NCBI GenBank assembly: GCA_944349915.1
Contig: CALVNU010000001.1
Coordinates: 1-34,521 of the forward strand
Origin: an uncultured Clostridia bacterium
GTDB lineage: Bacteria; Bacillota; Clostridia; Christensenellales; UBA1242
Direction of reading: 5' to 3'
Length of the DNA: 34,521 nucleotides
Positions 27,501 through 34,521 of this stretch are shown one piece after another. Position 1 is the first letter of the stretch. The number at the start of each line of letters is the position of its first letter. Under the pieces are notes generated by a model that saw nothing but the letters and a program-made list of their open reading frames with translations, did no database searches and was not told the DNA's origin. The translations under genes were made by a program, and so were the position numbers.

Positions 27501-30500
27501 TCCACCTTGCTTGCTAAAGGCGGAAGCGCAGAACTTAAAATTGCAGTAAACCTTGACCAAGAAATAGAATCTATCAATATTACAAACGCAAGCCAAGGCA
27601 TTGAATACAAATTTATAGAAGAAACAATTGACCAAGTTAATAATAAGAGAATTTATACATATAATTTGCAAGCATCGGTTCTTGCAGCAAGCACAACCGA
27701 TGATAACAGAATTTATATCAAGGCAACTGTTATAAGAAGATTAAACAACAACATTGAAAGAAAAACAACAACCGCAACAGTAACTCTTGTTGACTTTAAG
27801 ATTGATGCAGACGAAACCTATGTTGAAGGTGCAGTCAACGGAGTGCTTAATGTTTATGCAAACATCAATCAAACAGTTTCGCTTCATTATGTTTTTGACC
27901 CAGAAACAATAAACTATGACACATCAAATAGTTTGGCAGAAGACGCATACGATGATATTATGGCCAACAGAGGTACTTTTGAGAGAAATCATAGTTATCC
28001 GGCAACGGCCGGCGGGGCAATTACAGGAGGACAAACTGCAGACTATTTGATTAATGTTGAAGAAAGAGAAGTGGGAGGAAGAACAGAGTATCATGCTATT
28101 CCACTTGAAGATAGAATGTGGTATGTGGTTGGCAACAGCCTTATTCCAATCAAAGGTGCAGATGCAGAAAATTCTTTATTTGATATAAGTGTTGATGAGG
28201 AAAGTGGCGAAATAAACATCAAAGCCAAAACTTTGACACAAGCATCGCAAGAAATGTTGATAAGAACGTATGTTACAACAAACGGTGAAACAAGAACTAT
28301 TGAAACATATTTTACACTTCAAGTTACACCATGGACAAGTCAAGACCTTCCATCTATGATAACTTCTGCACAAGAATTCCTGTCTCTTGCAGAAAGTGAA
28401 GGCGAAGGTATGTATGATTATATCTTGATGAACGATATTGTGCTTGAAGATTACACACCATTCAACACCGACTATATTTCAAGCCTTGACGGAAACGGCT
28501 TTACAATTCACATCAAATCTTTCAACACAACGGCAGAATCAAGCGTGCTTAACCTTGCACTGTTTAATACAGTAAATGAAAACACAACCTTAAAAAATCT
28601 TCGCGTCAACTTGTATAATGGTGGACAAGTTAATGTTGACCTAAATTCTGTAAGCACATTAAATATGGCAGGCCTTGCAATAACCAACAATGGTATCATC
28701 ACAAACAGCGAAGTTGTGTCATTCTATACGGACAGGTATGCCATTGGGCCAAGCGGTTTAAATGAAAATGCCACAAATCAAATTTCGGGAGACCATGGTA
28801 TAAATATCAATTATACAAGAGGCTCAACGGCAATTTCGATGAGCGAAAACTCTTCTTGGACAAGTCGCGTTGCAGGTTTTGTTTTGACCAACAATGGAAA
28901 TATTACAAACTCCAGAGTTGGCGGAGATGAAATTGTTGAATTGTTGGAAGTTGACCCAACATATAACAATCAAATCACTGCCAGAATAACTGCGCTTGAC
29001 AACTTTACAATCAAGGCTCAAGGTCAAGTTGCAGGTTTTGTACTTGAAAACCAAGGCAGTATTGCAGCATCTTTTGTTAAAAACCTTGCAATCAACAACG
29101 AAAGCAAAACTGCAAGAGAAGGCAAGGCGTATGCGGTAGGTTTTGTTGGCACAAACACTGGCAAAATTTTGACAAGTTATGTTGAAGGCGTAAAACAAAC
29201 ATCAACAGAAAACAAACGCGTTTATGCAAGAACAGGTTCTCAAATTACAACAGAGCAGGCTGTTATTGCGGGCTTTGTTTTGACCAATTCTGGAGAAGAT
29301 TCATTGATTGAAAACAGTTATTCAAACATCATGATTTCAAATGGAGATGTCCAGAATGGTGTATATCTTGCGTCGGGCTTTGTTTACCGAAATGAAGGCA
29401 GGGTGGCAAATTGCTATTCAGCAAGTCAAATTGAAAACCAACGCTATTCTCAAATGAACTTCTCAGGTTTGAGCCCTGCTGGCGAACTTCTTGCAGATGG
29501 TGAATATGAAAATTGTTACTATTACAATATGGAATATGATTCAACGGATGCAAACACAGGTTCAAGCACAGAATCAGACTTTGACACCAATGTTTTAATG
29601 ATTCCAGACCCTTCAAGGTCAGAATATTTCTATGGTTTCTCAATTGCAACTTATGGCGGAGAAGACGGCATATGGGCAATGGATACAAATGCTGTTTCTG
29701 GCGAGGGATTGCAACTTCTAGAGCCAAACGATATTGCAATTTCTTACAGGTTTGTAAACTATCTTGAATATAACGCAGATGGTTCTATAAACACAGATGG
29801 CGAATACCAACTTCCATACGGAATAATTTATGTTACAGACGGAACAACAGAATATCAAATCAATCCATATTATGGTTCAGATTCAAACCCAATAATTATA
29901 AGAACAGCGCAAGAGTTTATTGAAATCACTGGTGCTAGCGAGTCTACACCGATACAAGAACAATACAAAGAAACAATTCACGGCACATACAGACTTGTTG
30001 GAGATATTGATATGAGTGCATTTAGTTCTCAAATCATGTCGCTTCCTTCAACTCAAAGTGCATTTAGTGGAAAATTATATGGAAATGGCTTCACAATCAG
30101 TGGGCTAAGTCTTTCATACAACGGCAATAATTTGGCATATGGATTGTTCAAGTCAATCGAGCCATACACAGTGTCAGGAACAAATACAACATATTATCCA
30201 AGAGTTGTGGGACTTCATATCGAAACAAGTTCAAACATGCTTGCGGCAGACACCACATTTGTGGGAACTCTTGCTGGATATATTAAAGATGCAATGATTG
30301 TCAATGTCTCTGTTACATATTCAAACGGTGCAATGGTGCAGGGCAGAAACTTTGTTGGCGGAATTGCAGGACTTATTTCAGGTGATTCTATAGTTAAAAA
30401 CATCACAATCACAAATCCAAACATAACTGCAGTAAGAAATGCTTCAACAGGCACAACAACCTTTGAAGTTAGCGATATCAACACATTCAGAAACTCTGTT

Positions 30501-33500
30501 TTGTCAGGATTAAACTATACATACACATTTACAGGTTCAGATTCAATTGCAACTCAAACTTTGCCATATTCTTATGCCGGCGGTGTGGCTGGTTATGTTG
30601 ATATATATTCATCACCACAATCATACTTTACATACACAACAACACCGGAATACAATGTAACCGTTGTAAGAGTGCTTGGAACGGTCAATATTACAGGTCA
30701 AGTTGCGGGTGGATTGTTTGGGCTTACCGCTCATCAAACTTTTGTTGAAGACGCAGGCATAACAATAAAAGGTCAAATGTCGCAAAACACATCGCATATC
30801 TTAAGCGTAAAAGATTATGCGGGCGGTGTGATTGGTCAATCATTTGGCTACCTTTCAAAACTGTTTGCAACACATGAAGATGATGTTCAACAAGCAATAG
30901 AGGACAACATTGCCTCCTTCTACACAGGCAACACTTCTGTTGAGCGTGGAATTCTCAATTTATTCATGGCGGAAAATCAATCAAGCACAAGTTACACACA
31001 AAAAGCCATTGGCGGACTTGTTGGCTTTGTTGGGTCTGGTATATTGCAAACATCCTATGCAAAAATCAATGTTATTTCAACATCAGCCCAAAGCGCTGGC
31101 GGACTTGTTGGCGAAATCAATTTGACAGGTGCAAGAAGTTATCACTACGAAACACTTGTTGGAGACGGATACAGCAAGTTCTTGTTCCATGAAACCTATG
31201 CAACAGGTGATGTAAGGGCTTACACCTTGCAAAATGGAACTCTTAGCGAAGGCCTTAGCGGTGGTATTGTTGGAAAAATCGGCGACTCATCGGACAGAAT
31301 AACTTTCCTTGCAACAAACGCAATCAATTTCTTCACAAATATTGATTACAGAACAAATCAACCTTATGACACCTTTGCAACAAAATTAGACGACATTGAT
31401 GCAACAGCCATCGGTGCAAATGGCACTGTATATCGTGCAAATTATGTATATCAATTTGTTGGTGGCGCTACAAAAAATGTTGTTATGTCAACTGCAGTCA
31501 CTTTTGCACAGGCAAAAAATATTTCTGGTGCAGAAGGTGCAAAATCTATTGGTTATGTTCAAAGTTATGTATTTGACGGCGACACCACGCCAGTTGTTAT
31601 CAATCTATATAATGGTTACTCATTCAGTTTCTACGGAGACGATATACTGCAACCTGTAGAGTCAATCAGCACTTACACAAACGGTTCGGCGGGATATCAG
31701 GCAACACAAAAAGTGTTCTTAAACAGCATGGTTTGGGATACAAACAATTGGATTCACAATTCCGACCAAATCTTCCCAGAAATCAAATATTCAATTGGAC
31801 AACCTACAACGATTTACCTTGACTGCTACAACATAGCAGAAGTTTTGCAAATGATGACCGAAAACAATAATTTAAATGTTATCGTGCGTGGTTTAACAAG
31901 TGCAGACTCAACAGAATATAGCGATGTTGATATTTCAACATATCAGGCAACTTACCTATTAAGCGGATTTAGCGGAACAATCTCCAGCAGTGAAAATTAT
32001 ATAGATACAGTAAAAGGCAGACAAGTAAGGCTTATCATAAGCAATTCATTGTTTGAGTCAACTGCGGGTGGCTTTACAATGGACAGTGTCCATATTCAAG
32101 TTGGTGAGGGCGCAGCGGATAGTGATGATGCTAATCTTCAAATTGAAGGTGGAATTATAAGCAAAGCAGAAATGGAACTTGCCACTCTCAACAACATCTC
32201 TTTGTATATCAAAAAAGCAATAGATGTTCAAATAACAGCAGAGGGTGATGCCGGATTGATTGCTCCTGTTTTGGATGGAACTTCAATTGAAAGTTTTAGG
32301 TTTTTCATTGACACAGGTTTGGCAACAGACACAACGATTATGGCGGTAAAAGCGTCAGAAAGCGCTTCAACGCCTACTAATCTAAATGTAGGCTTGATTG
32401 CTGGAAGGGCAGAACAAAACACCACAACTTCACCAATGAATATTTACAATGTTCAAATTTTATATGATGAAACTTCTGGTGCTTCTGGTACTCTTCGTCC
32501 TCTTAACGCAATTTCAGTCGATGTACAAGCGTCACAATCAGCAAACATTGGATTGTTCTTTGGTTCAATTTCAAAGGCGAATAGAACAGATGTAATCAGA
32601 ATTGCCGACTGCAACATGAGCCTAATTATGCCAAATTATAAAATCAAAATAAACGGCAAAGGTCTCGCTATGCAGGAATTTGGCTCTCAAGCAAAAATAG
32701 GTGGATTTGTTGGACATGTTGCGGGACTAGACAGCCTTACACTTCTTAGTGCGGGAGATGAACAAACGACAGAACTAGAAATCACAGTGCCGGATAAGTC
32801 AAGTGTTGGTCAAGGCCAATCATTGTATGTTGGCGGAATGTTTGGTACTGTTGGCGGTGCAAATTCCAACGGTGTTGCCGTTTCAACTGCGCAGATAGGA
32901 ACTAGCGACCCGCCTACTATAACACTTGATGTTAAAATCACGCCAGAATCTTCAAGCGGTTCAACATATGGTAGCATTTATTTCGGTGGTGTTGCCGGTC
33001 GAACCACACGAGCACTGCCAGTCAATAATATGACAATCAATTTAACTGCAAAAGTTGTTGGATCACAAAACAGTTATATCGGAGGCGCTGTTGGTATGTA
33101 TAATTCTGCAGACGCAACCGTTATTCAAGGTCTTACAACAACCACAACCATACAAGGCTCAACAACGGAGACTATCGACATCGGTAGTGCATATCTTGGC
33201 GGAATGTTTGGTAGTATTGGTGCACCTGGTATGGGGGATGGAAGTGGAAGTACAGTTATAATACAAGGCACAGATGACCCTACACTACAAACGACATCGA
33301 ACCCTAATACTTCAAAATTAAAAATAGAGGACATAAGTGCAACAAGCCCTCAAATAGGAGGAATTGTTGGCTATACTGCTGAAGGGACCGAAATAGAAAA
33401 TTATCAAATCATGCTTGATATAAGCAATATAACAAGCAACAATGCTAGCAAAACAGGATACAATGGTTCAACAAACATCGGAGGAGTTGTTGGTAGTGCA

Positions 33501-34521
33501 ACCAACAGTGTTAAAATGAATAACATAAAAGTCACAACTGGTACTGACTATAGTGGTATTAATATTTCCGATAAAGCAGAAATTAACTTTGCTGTAGGCT
33601 CTATGTTGGGATATAGCACAAGCAAAATTTTATCAGACGGAAAACTTTATTCGAATATGCCAATTAATTACACGCAGACAGAGTCCAGCACAGACACAGG
33701 ATTGTTATATTTTGGCGGGTTGTTTGGATATCAACATAACAATCTCTCATCCGGGGACAATGCAACCAGTATTGGAGATGGTTCAAGTGCTTATACTGGC
33801 AATATAACAGCATCCTTAATTGATAAGGGCTCTACAATTTACCTTGGTGGTATTTTTGGAAATGTAAAAGTGGGGCAGCTTAATACTAACATTACAACCG
33901 CAATTTTTGGTGGAAAAATCATTGTTAAACATAACCACAACACCATTTCCAACAAAGTCTATATCGGTGGCACCATAGCCAATGTTGACGTGCCGAATGG
34001 GGCTTTAGGAACCGTAACAATTTCAAGAGCCATCAATTATGGTGATGTGTTTATTGATTATGGAGAAAACACTACTGCCAGAATGTCAACCTACACCTTT
34101 GGCGGAATAATTGGGCATATTAACTCTAATGACAAATTTGGAACGCTAAAAGATTCGTACAGCATGGTTACAAATCACAATTCTCGCCTTGCTGGGTCGG
34201 GTGCAAATTCGGTTACTTCTGACATGACCGGCGCTTTGGTTGGCAGTGGAACTTTAAGCGACGACTCTTTGGATAACTACTATAACTCGGCAGTCTGCCT
34301 TGCCTATGACGACCAAGGCACCGATATTGGGTATACGGCGGCCGGAAATGGTTACAACGCAACGGATAGCACTTCAAATATCATAGACAAAGTTTATAAT
34401 CAAACCTTATCCCAATTTCCAGTATTTTCATACTTTGCGTTTCCTGGTGGTACAATCCCAAGTAAACTTAAGCCTACAACATTGTCAACCGACAACAATA
34501 CAATAACAACAGGCTCAGGTT
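21441..34521 (+). CDS. giant surface lipoprotein (more than 4,360 aa, 3' end outside the window) with Ig-like modules and GLUG-like beta-solenoid repeat blocks
   Basis: I translated every codon in the frame of ATG 21441 and found no stop through base 34521. AGGAGG (21431..21436) lies 4 nt before the ATG. The nearest upstream in-frame stop is TGA at 21334..21336. The gene is absent from the supplied track, apparently because it has no in-window stop. Confidence 0.9.
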   Translation, partial: MKKFIVAFLSLFTLLGASILYACGPTNIELSLSQQSVSLQLNGTEEAKVATIIADVTGTDDKSISLDFVYDDDIISPSVSQNSQGQSVITLTATNEGSTELVVTTKQGSVKKSIYIEVYTEVTSMIEKKEDIAEGEKSTRFLIKNDTYQTLDANSLISFTPSTSTRKNVVWTFEASGTTEYNGANIVGNQIYIPQTFSENEVVLRATSANNPDVYVPNNITIPVIEQITIENIRLGASIYATTGFDYTTTANGEPLGEVSVEITPNLSQYEDSGDPSPDGPHEDIAYIKVETELTNSLELIPTITDVYGNPSNLLTVLSENTTNGYIFSVKASKSSVNQDFYVSFKIGYKNYDYSIDISSAYQEIGQEYGRILVEAADKIEKVSVLRNNIDASLNTQTLYSHYASNVNSGYGQLYNVKLTPDTVLWGENGEATGEYTISLPAQEGDINPIKAYYRLNGVYTEIGFTLENGVWISEKIASTSSLTFEHNLYLKANEEYFAEQSITFKSGILLTFASIDNPRASTATVEFNIVKTADEMSITGENDEAVSEISINSTTATEMQFIFILHGQTTVDGLSVNSNSQYVEEFGSPEFISTNGGENVRFSITIKLKNEYIGLTNRSTSFTIRHENGTESLPITLNIYFPLTNATVSASNTSASIVMNNQSSYIISNDGINLNGSLSAGVLMLKNGTTTPLIHSYNTSSNGKEANATVSVNFYDFDENNEYGISLQDFLALYNSTSEDIESNLQTIIDRAVETNSNVVTFDSYANNNLRTTHEGYTYIVFTYQGIGEGAITASFKRVVLVHSYNAVESFNVNPASDRNFTLYASDSVGETGDTIQKTITVSYSSNAITYKANSNFKFITEFAGVRYTGTIDDNSRVIWYDENNNVNTELDKYFQITAVPQDTHISFTVYAISTNGQINSPHTIYLQYILTSGNAGLNNAGLNDSTSPYEAVVSFTIINADRVEEVIVDGVDEDGIYFEIGSLTSTSQFVIVQTGPSNAKNTGVSYVVANKNGEQTSPIVNVTALPSVNTRLKIDLLNTIQQGTSGALYIFPTDAVNNGIINYQFTNSQGEIERGTLNLADLGKTRSDKKTNFEYLIENAFFTNNQGEQISFANIFKKVKIEVADGRSFAHAFRVYDETGFDHGDGSSTYFYSVMNDISVGAGNVFDNFTGGVQGYNNNSDITITLTGSNFANTLTKNGSEGGQIRDISFNGNVTGTGFVVGTNNGTITNVTVDTNGLYSSVLTGNDSYVGGIAGINGKSGTITDVSVLGLQINAGNYTVGGVAGQNKGIITIARVEFYNLANTENTEGTKLNTFKGSVVGGVIGEQQVSGTISQVYAYDYILTNNTSNARLNGAKVGAIVGNYTASGQLTFVESFAVVDNLSTLENFVGSKADSATLSFANSYIGYYNDSNTYTFVYSMSDGENSDFANNSERIITSSDANFNKNINGGNAYLRYFYQDEKVSTINSTFNTVLENNLYKAIQTGSSLVFFRNNINVGTNSLSTSQSQDYKELNTISIADLLEGYNKNIIVSSNSSSVIVSGSELFIQSIGQGKLTIYSKQDVSVNIDTDFVVDKALSTISLISENATGTVEHFAQDSETTVNIQKSKSRLFVAGFTTTSVYLGLDAQEFELDMLSNFAFSAKNADAESSITETKDKSSFTQISSTTFSVVSNGDSATTYTIYPVLSDMTSLQGLVDVTITINPVDGAIAIGYDGDEISMSPSTVAYVNVTMETTDANDTVAPQMSLVANGVETKLTKKAADNTFTFYKPQDTTPIFTVTRSTPTTDSSSGMIQTKEFSFRFEVADEYKDKLNQDEQYSVNFVSSSQFTSGSLTINLARQGITKADVTNFKVDQTSFNSGITSYTTLSTSTGVMAPGTSSILHASVNPAYAYYDYMEVTVTGAPIASAVVFIPVEKTNSNLQYRTTEDITFETLSNGFRFTPASSYTRDEYGGINPKYDLYFHATFNRAIPEDCTLTVTATYYVFNKETGEAQVVDYVNTFIFVSYLAEPTITVDGYNSTLLAKGGSAELKIAVNLDQEIESINITNASQGIEYKFIEETIDQVNNKRIYTYNLQASVLAASTTDDNRIYIKATVIRRLNNNIERKTTTATVTLVDFKIDADETYVEGAVNGVLNVYANINQTVSLHYVFDPETINYDTSNSLAEDAYDDIMANRGTFERNHSYPATAGGAITGGQTADYLINVEEREVGGRTEYHAIPLEDRMWYVVGNSLIPIKGADAENSLFDISVDEESGEINIKAKTLTQASQEMLIRTYVTTNGETRTIETYFTLQVTPWTSQDLPSMITSAQEFLSLAESEGEGMYDYILMNDIVLEDYTPFNTDYISSLDGNGFTIHIKSFNTTAESSVLNLALFNTVNENTTLKNLRVNLYNGGQVNVDLNSVSTLNMAGLAITNNGIITNSEVVSFYTDRYAIGPSGLNENATNQISGDHGININYTRGSTAISMSENSSWTSRVAGFVLTNNGNITNSRVGGDEIVELLEVDPTYNNQITARITALDNFTIKAQGQVAGFVLENQGSIAASFVKNLAINNESKTAREGKAYAVGFVGTNTGKILTSYVEGVKQTSTENKRVYARTGSQITTEQAVIAGFVLTNSGEDSLIENSYSNIMISNGDVQNGVYLASGFVYRNEGRVANCYSASQIENQRYSQMNFSGLSPAGELLADGEYENCYYYNMEYDSTDANTGSSTESDFDTNVLMIPDPSRSEYFYGFSIATYGGEDGIWAMDTNAVSGEGLQLLEPNDIAISYRFVNYLEYNADGSINTDGEYQLPYGIIYVTDGTTEYQINPYYGSDSNPIIIRTAQEFIEITGASESTPIQEQYKETIHGTYRLVGDIDMSAFSSQIMSLPSTQSAFSGKLYGNGFTISGLSLSYNGNNLAYGLFKSIEPYTVSGTNTTYYPRVVGLHIETSSNMLAADTTFVGTLAGYIKDAMIVNVSVTYSNGAMVQGRNFVGGIAGLISGDSIVKNITITNPNITAVRNASTGTTTFEVSDINTFRNSVLSGLNYTYTFTGSDSIATQTLPYSYAGGVAGYVDIYSSPQSYFTYTTTPEYNVTVVRVLGTVNITGQVAGGLFGLTAHQTFVEDAGITIKGQMSQNTSHILSVKDYAGGVIGQSFGYLSKLFATHEDDVQQAIEDNIASFYTGNTSVERGILNLFMAENQSSTSYTQKAIGGLVGFVGSGILQTSYAKINVISTSAQSAGGLVGEINLTGARSYHYETLVGDGYSKFLFHETYATGDVRAYTLQNGTLSEGLSGGIVGKIGDSSDRITFLATNAINFFTNIDYRTNQPYDTFATKLDDIDATAIGANGTVYRANYVYQFVGGATKNVVMSTAVTFAQAKNISGAEGAKSIGYVQSYVFDGDTTPVVINLYNGYSFSFYGDDILQPVESISTYTNGSAGYQATQKVFLNSMVWDTNNWIHNSDQIFPEIKYSIGQPTTIYLDCYNIAEVLQMMTENNNLNVIVRGLTSADSTEYSDVDISTYQATYLLSGFSGTISSSENYIDTVKGRQVRLIISNSLFESTAGGFTMDSVHIQVGEGAADSDDANLQIEGGIISKAEMELATLNNISLYIKKAIDVQITAEGDAGLIAPVLDGTSIESFRFFIDTGLATDTTIMAVKASESASTPTNLNVGLIAGRAEQNTTTSPMNIYNVQILYDETSGASGTLRPLNAISVDVQASQSANIGLFFGSISKANRTDVIRIADCNMSLIMPNYKIKINGKGLAMQEFGSQAKIGGFVGHVAGLDSLTLLSAGDEQTTELEITVPDKSSVGQGQSLYVGGMFGTVGGANSNGVAVSTAQIGTSDPPTITLDVKITPESSSGSTYGSIYFGGVAGRTTRALPVNNMTINLTAKVVGSQNSYIGGAVGMYNSADATVIQGLTTTTTIQGSTTETIDIGSAYLGGMFGSIGAPGMGDGSGSTVIIQGTDDPTLQTTSNPNTSKLKIEDISATSPQIGGIVGYTAEGTEIENYQIMLDISNITSNNASKTGYNGSTNIGGVVGSATNSVKMNNIKVTTGTDYSGINISDKAEINFAVGSMLGYSTSKILSDGKLYSNMPINYTQTESSTDTGLLYFGGLFGYQHNNLSSGDNATSIGDGSSAYTGNITASLIDKGSTIYLGGIFGNVKVGQLNTNITTAIFGGKIIVKHNHNTISNKVYIGGTIANVDVPNGALGTVTISRAINYGDVFIDYGENTTARMSTYTFGGIIGHINSNDKFGTLKDSYSMVTNHNSRLAGSGANSVTSDMTGALVGSGTLSDDSLDNYYNSAVCLAYDDQGTDIGYTAAGNGYNATDSTSNIIDKVYNQTLSQFPVFSYFAFPGGTIPSKLKPTTLSTDNNTITTGSG

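Noticed and set aside
21356-33334. Short track ORFs inside the giant gene span (e.g. 22810..23172 +, 22907..23314 -, 28824..29198 -, 29329..29739 -, 30910..31125 +)
   Set aside because: All are antisense or out of frame relative to a continuous 13-kb frame with clear protein-like periodicity and repeats. They have no RBS, and their translations are low-complexity or Cys-rich noise.

Overview
This is a 34.5-kb low-GC chromosomal segment (roughly mid-30s % GC by eye). Its signals look like Bacillota: AGGAG-type ribosome-binding sites (RBS), TGnTAAAAT extended -10 promoters, a CCA-encoded tRNA and spmAB. All calls come from reading the sequence and from remembered family motifs. No searches were run.

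The genetic code appears standard. TAA, TAG and TGA all end conserved genes, and Trp is TGG.

The left 10 kb is housekeeping: a truncated MBL-fold hydrolase, metG, spmB/spmA, tatD, rsmA, engB and a RumA/RlmD-type RNA methyltransferase. It is interrupted by a promoter-equipped polytopic membrane protein gene at 5575..8166, which a single in-frame TGA inside a hydrophobic helix splits into two track ORFs.

The middle (10-18.4 kb) looks accessory:
- two unknown ORFs
- a lone TraG/VirD4-type coupling ATPase
- tRNA-Arg(TCG)
- a GNAT acetyltransferase
- a VOC-ASCH fusion
- a membrane-anchored transglutaminase-like protein with five tandem beta-rich modules

gpmI and a TtcA-like PP-loop gene follow.

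The main result is not in the supplied ORF track. From ATG 21441 to the last base of the window (13.08 kb, 4,360 codons, 3' end missing) there is one uninterrupted reading frame. It encodes a giant lipoprotein built of Ig-like modules followed by four blocks of GLUG-like G-G-x-x-G solenoid repeats.

No rRNA, CRISPR array, transposase or integrase was seen.
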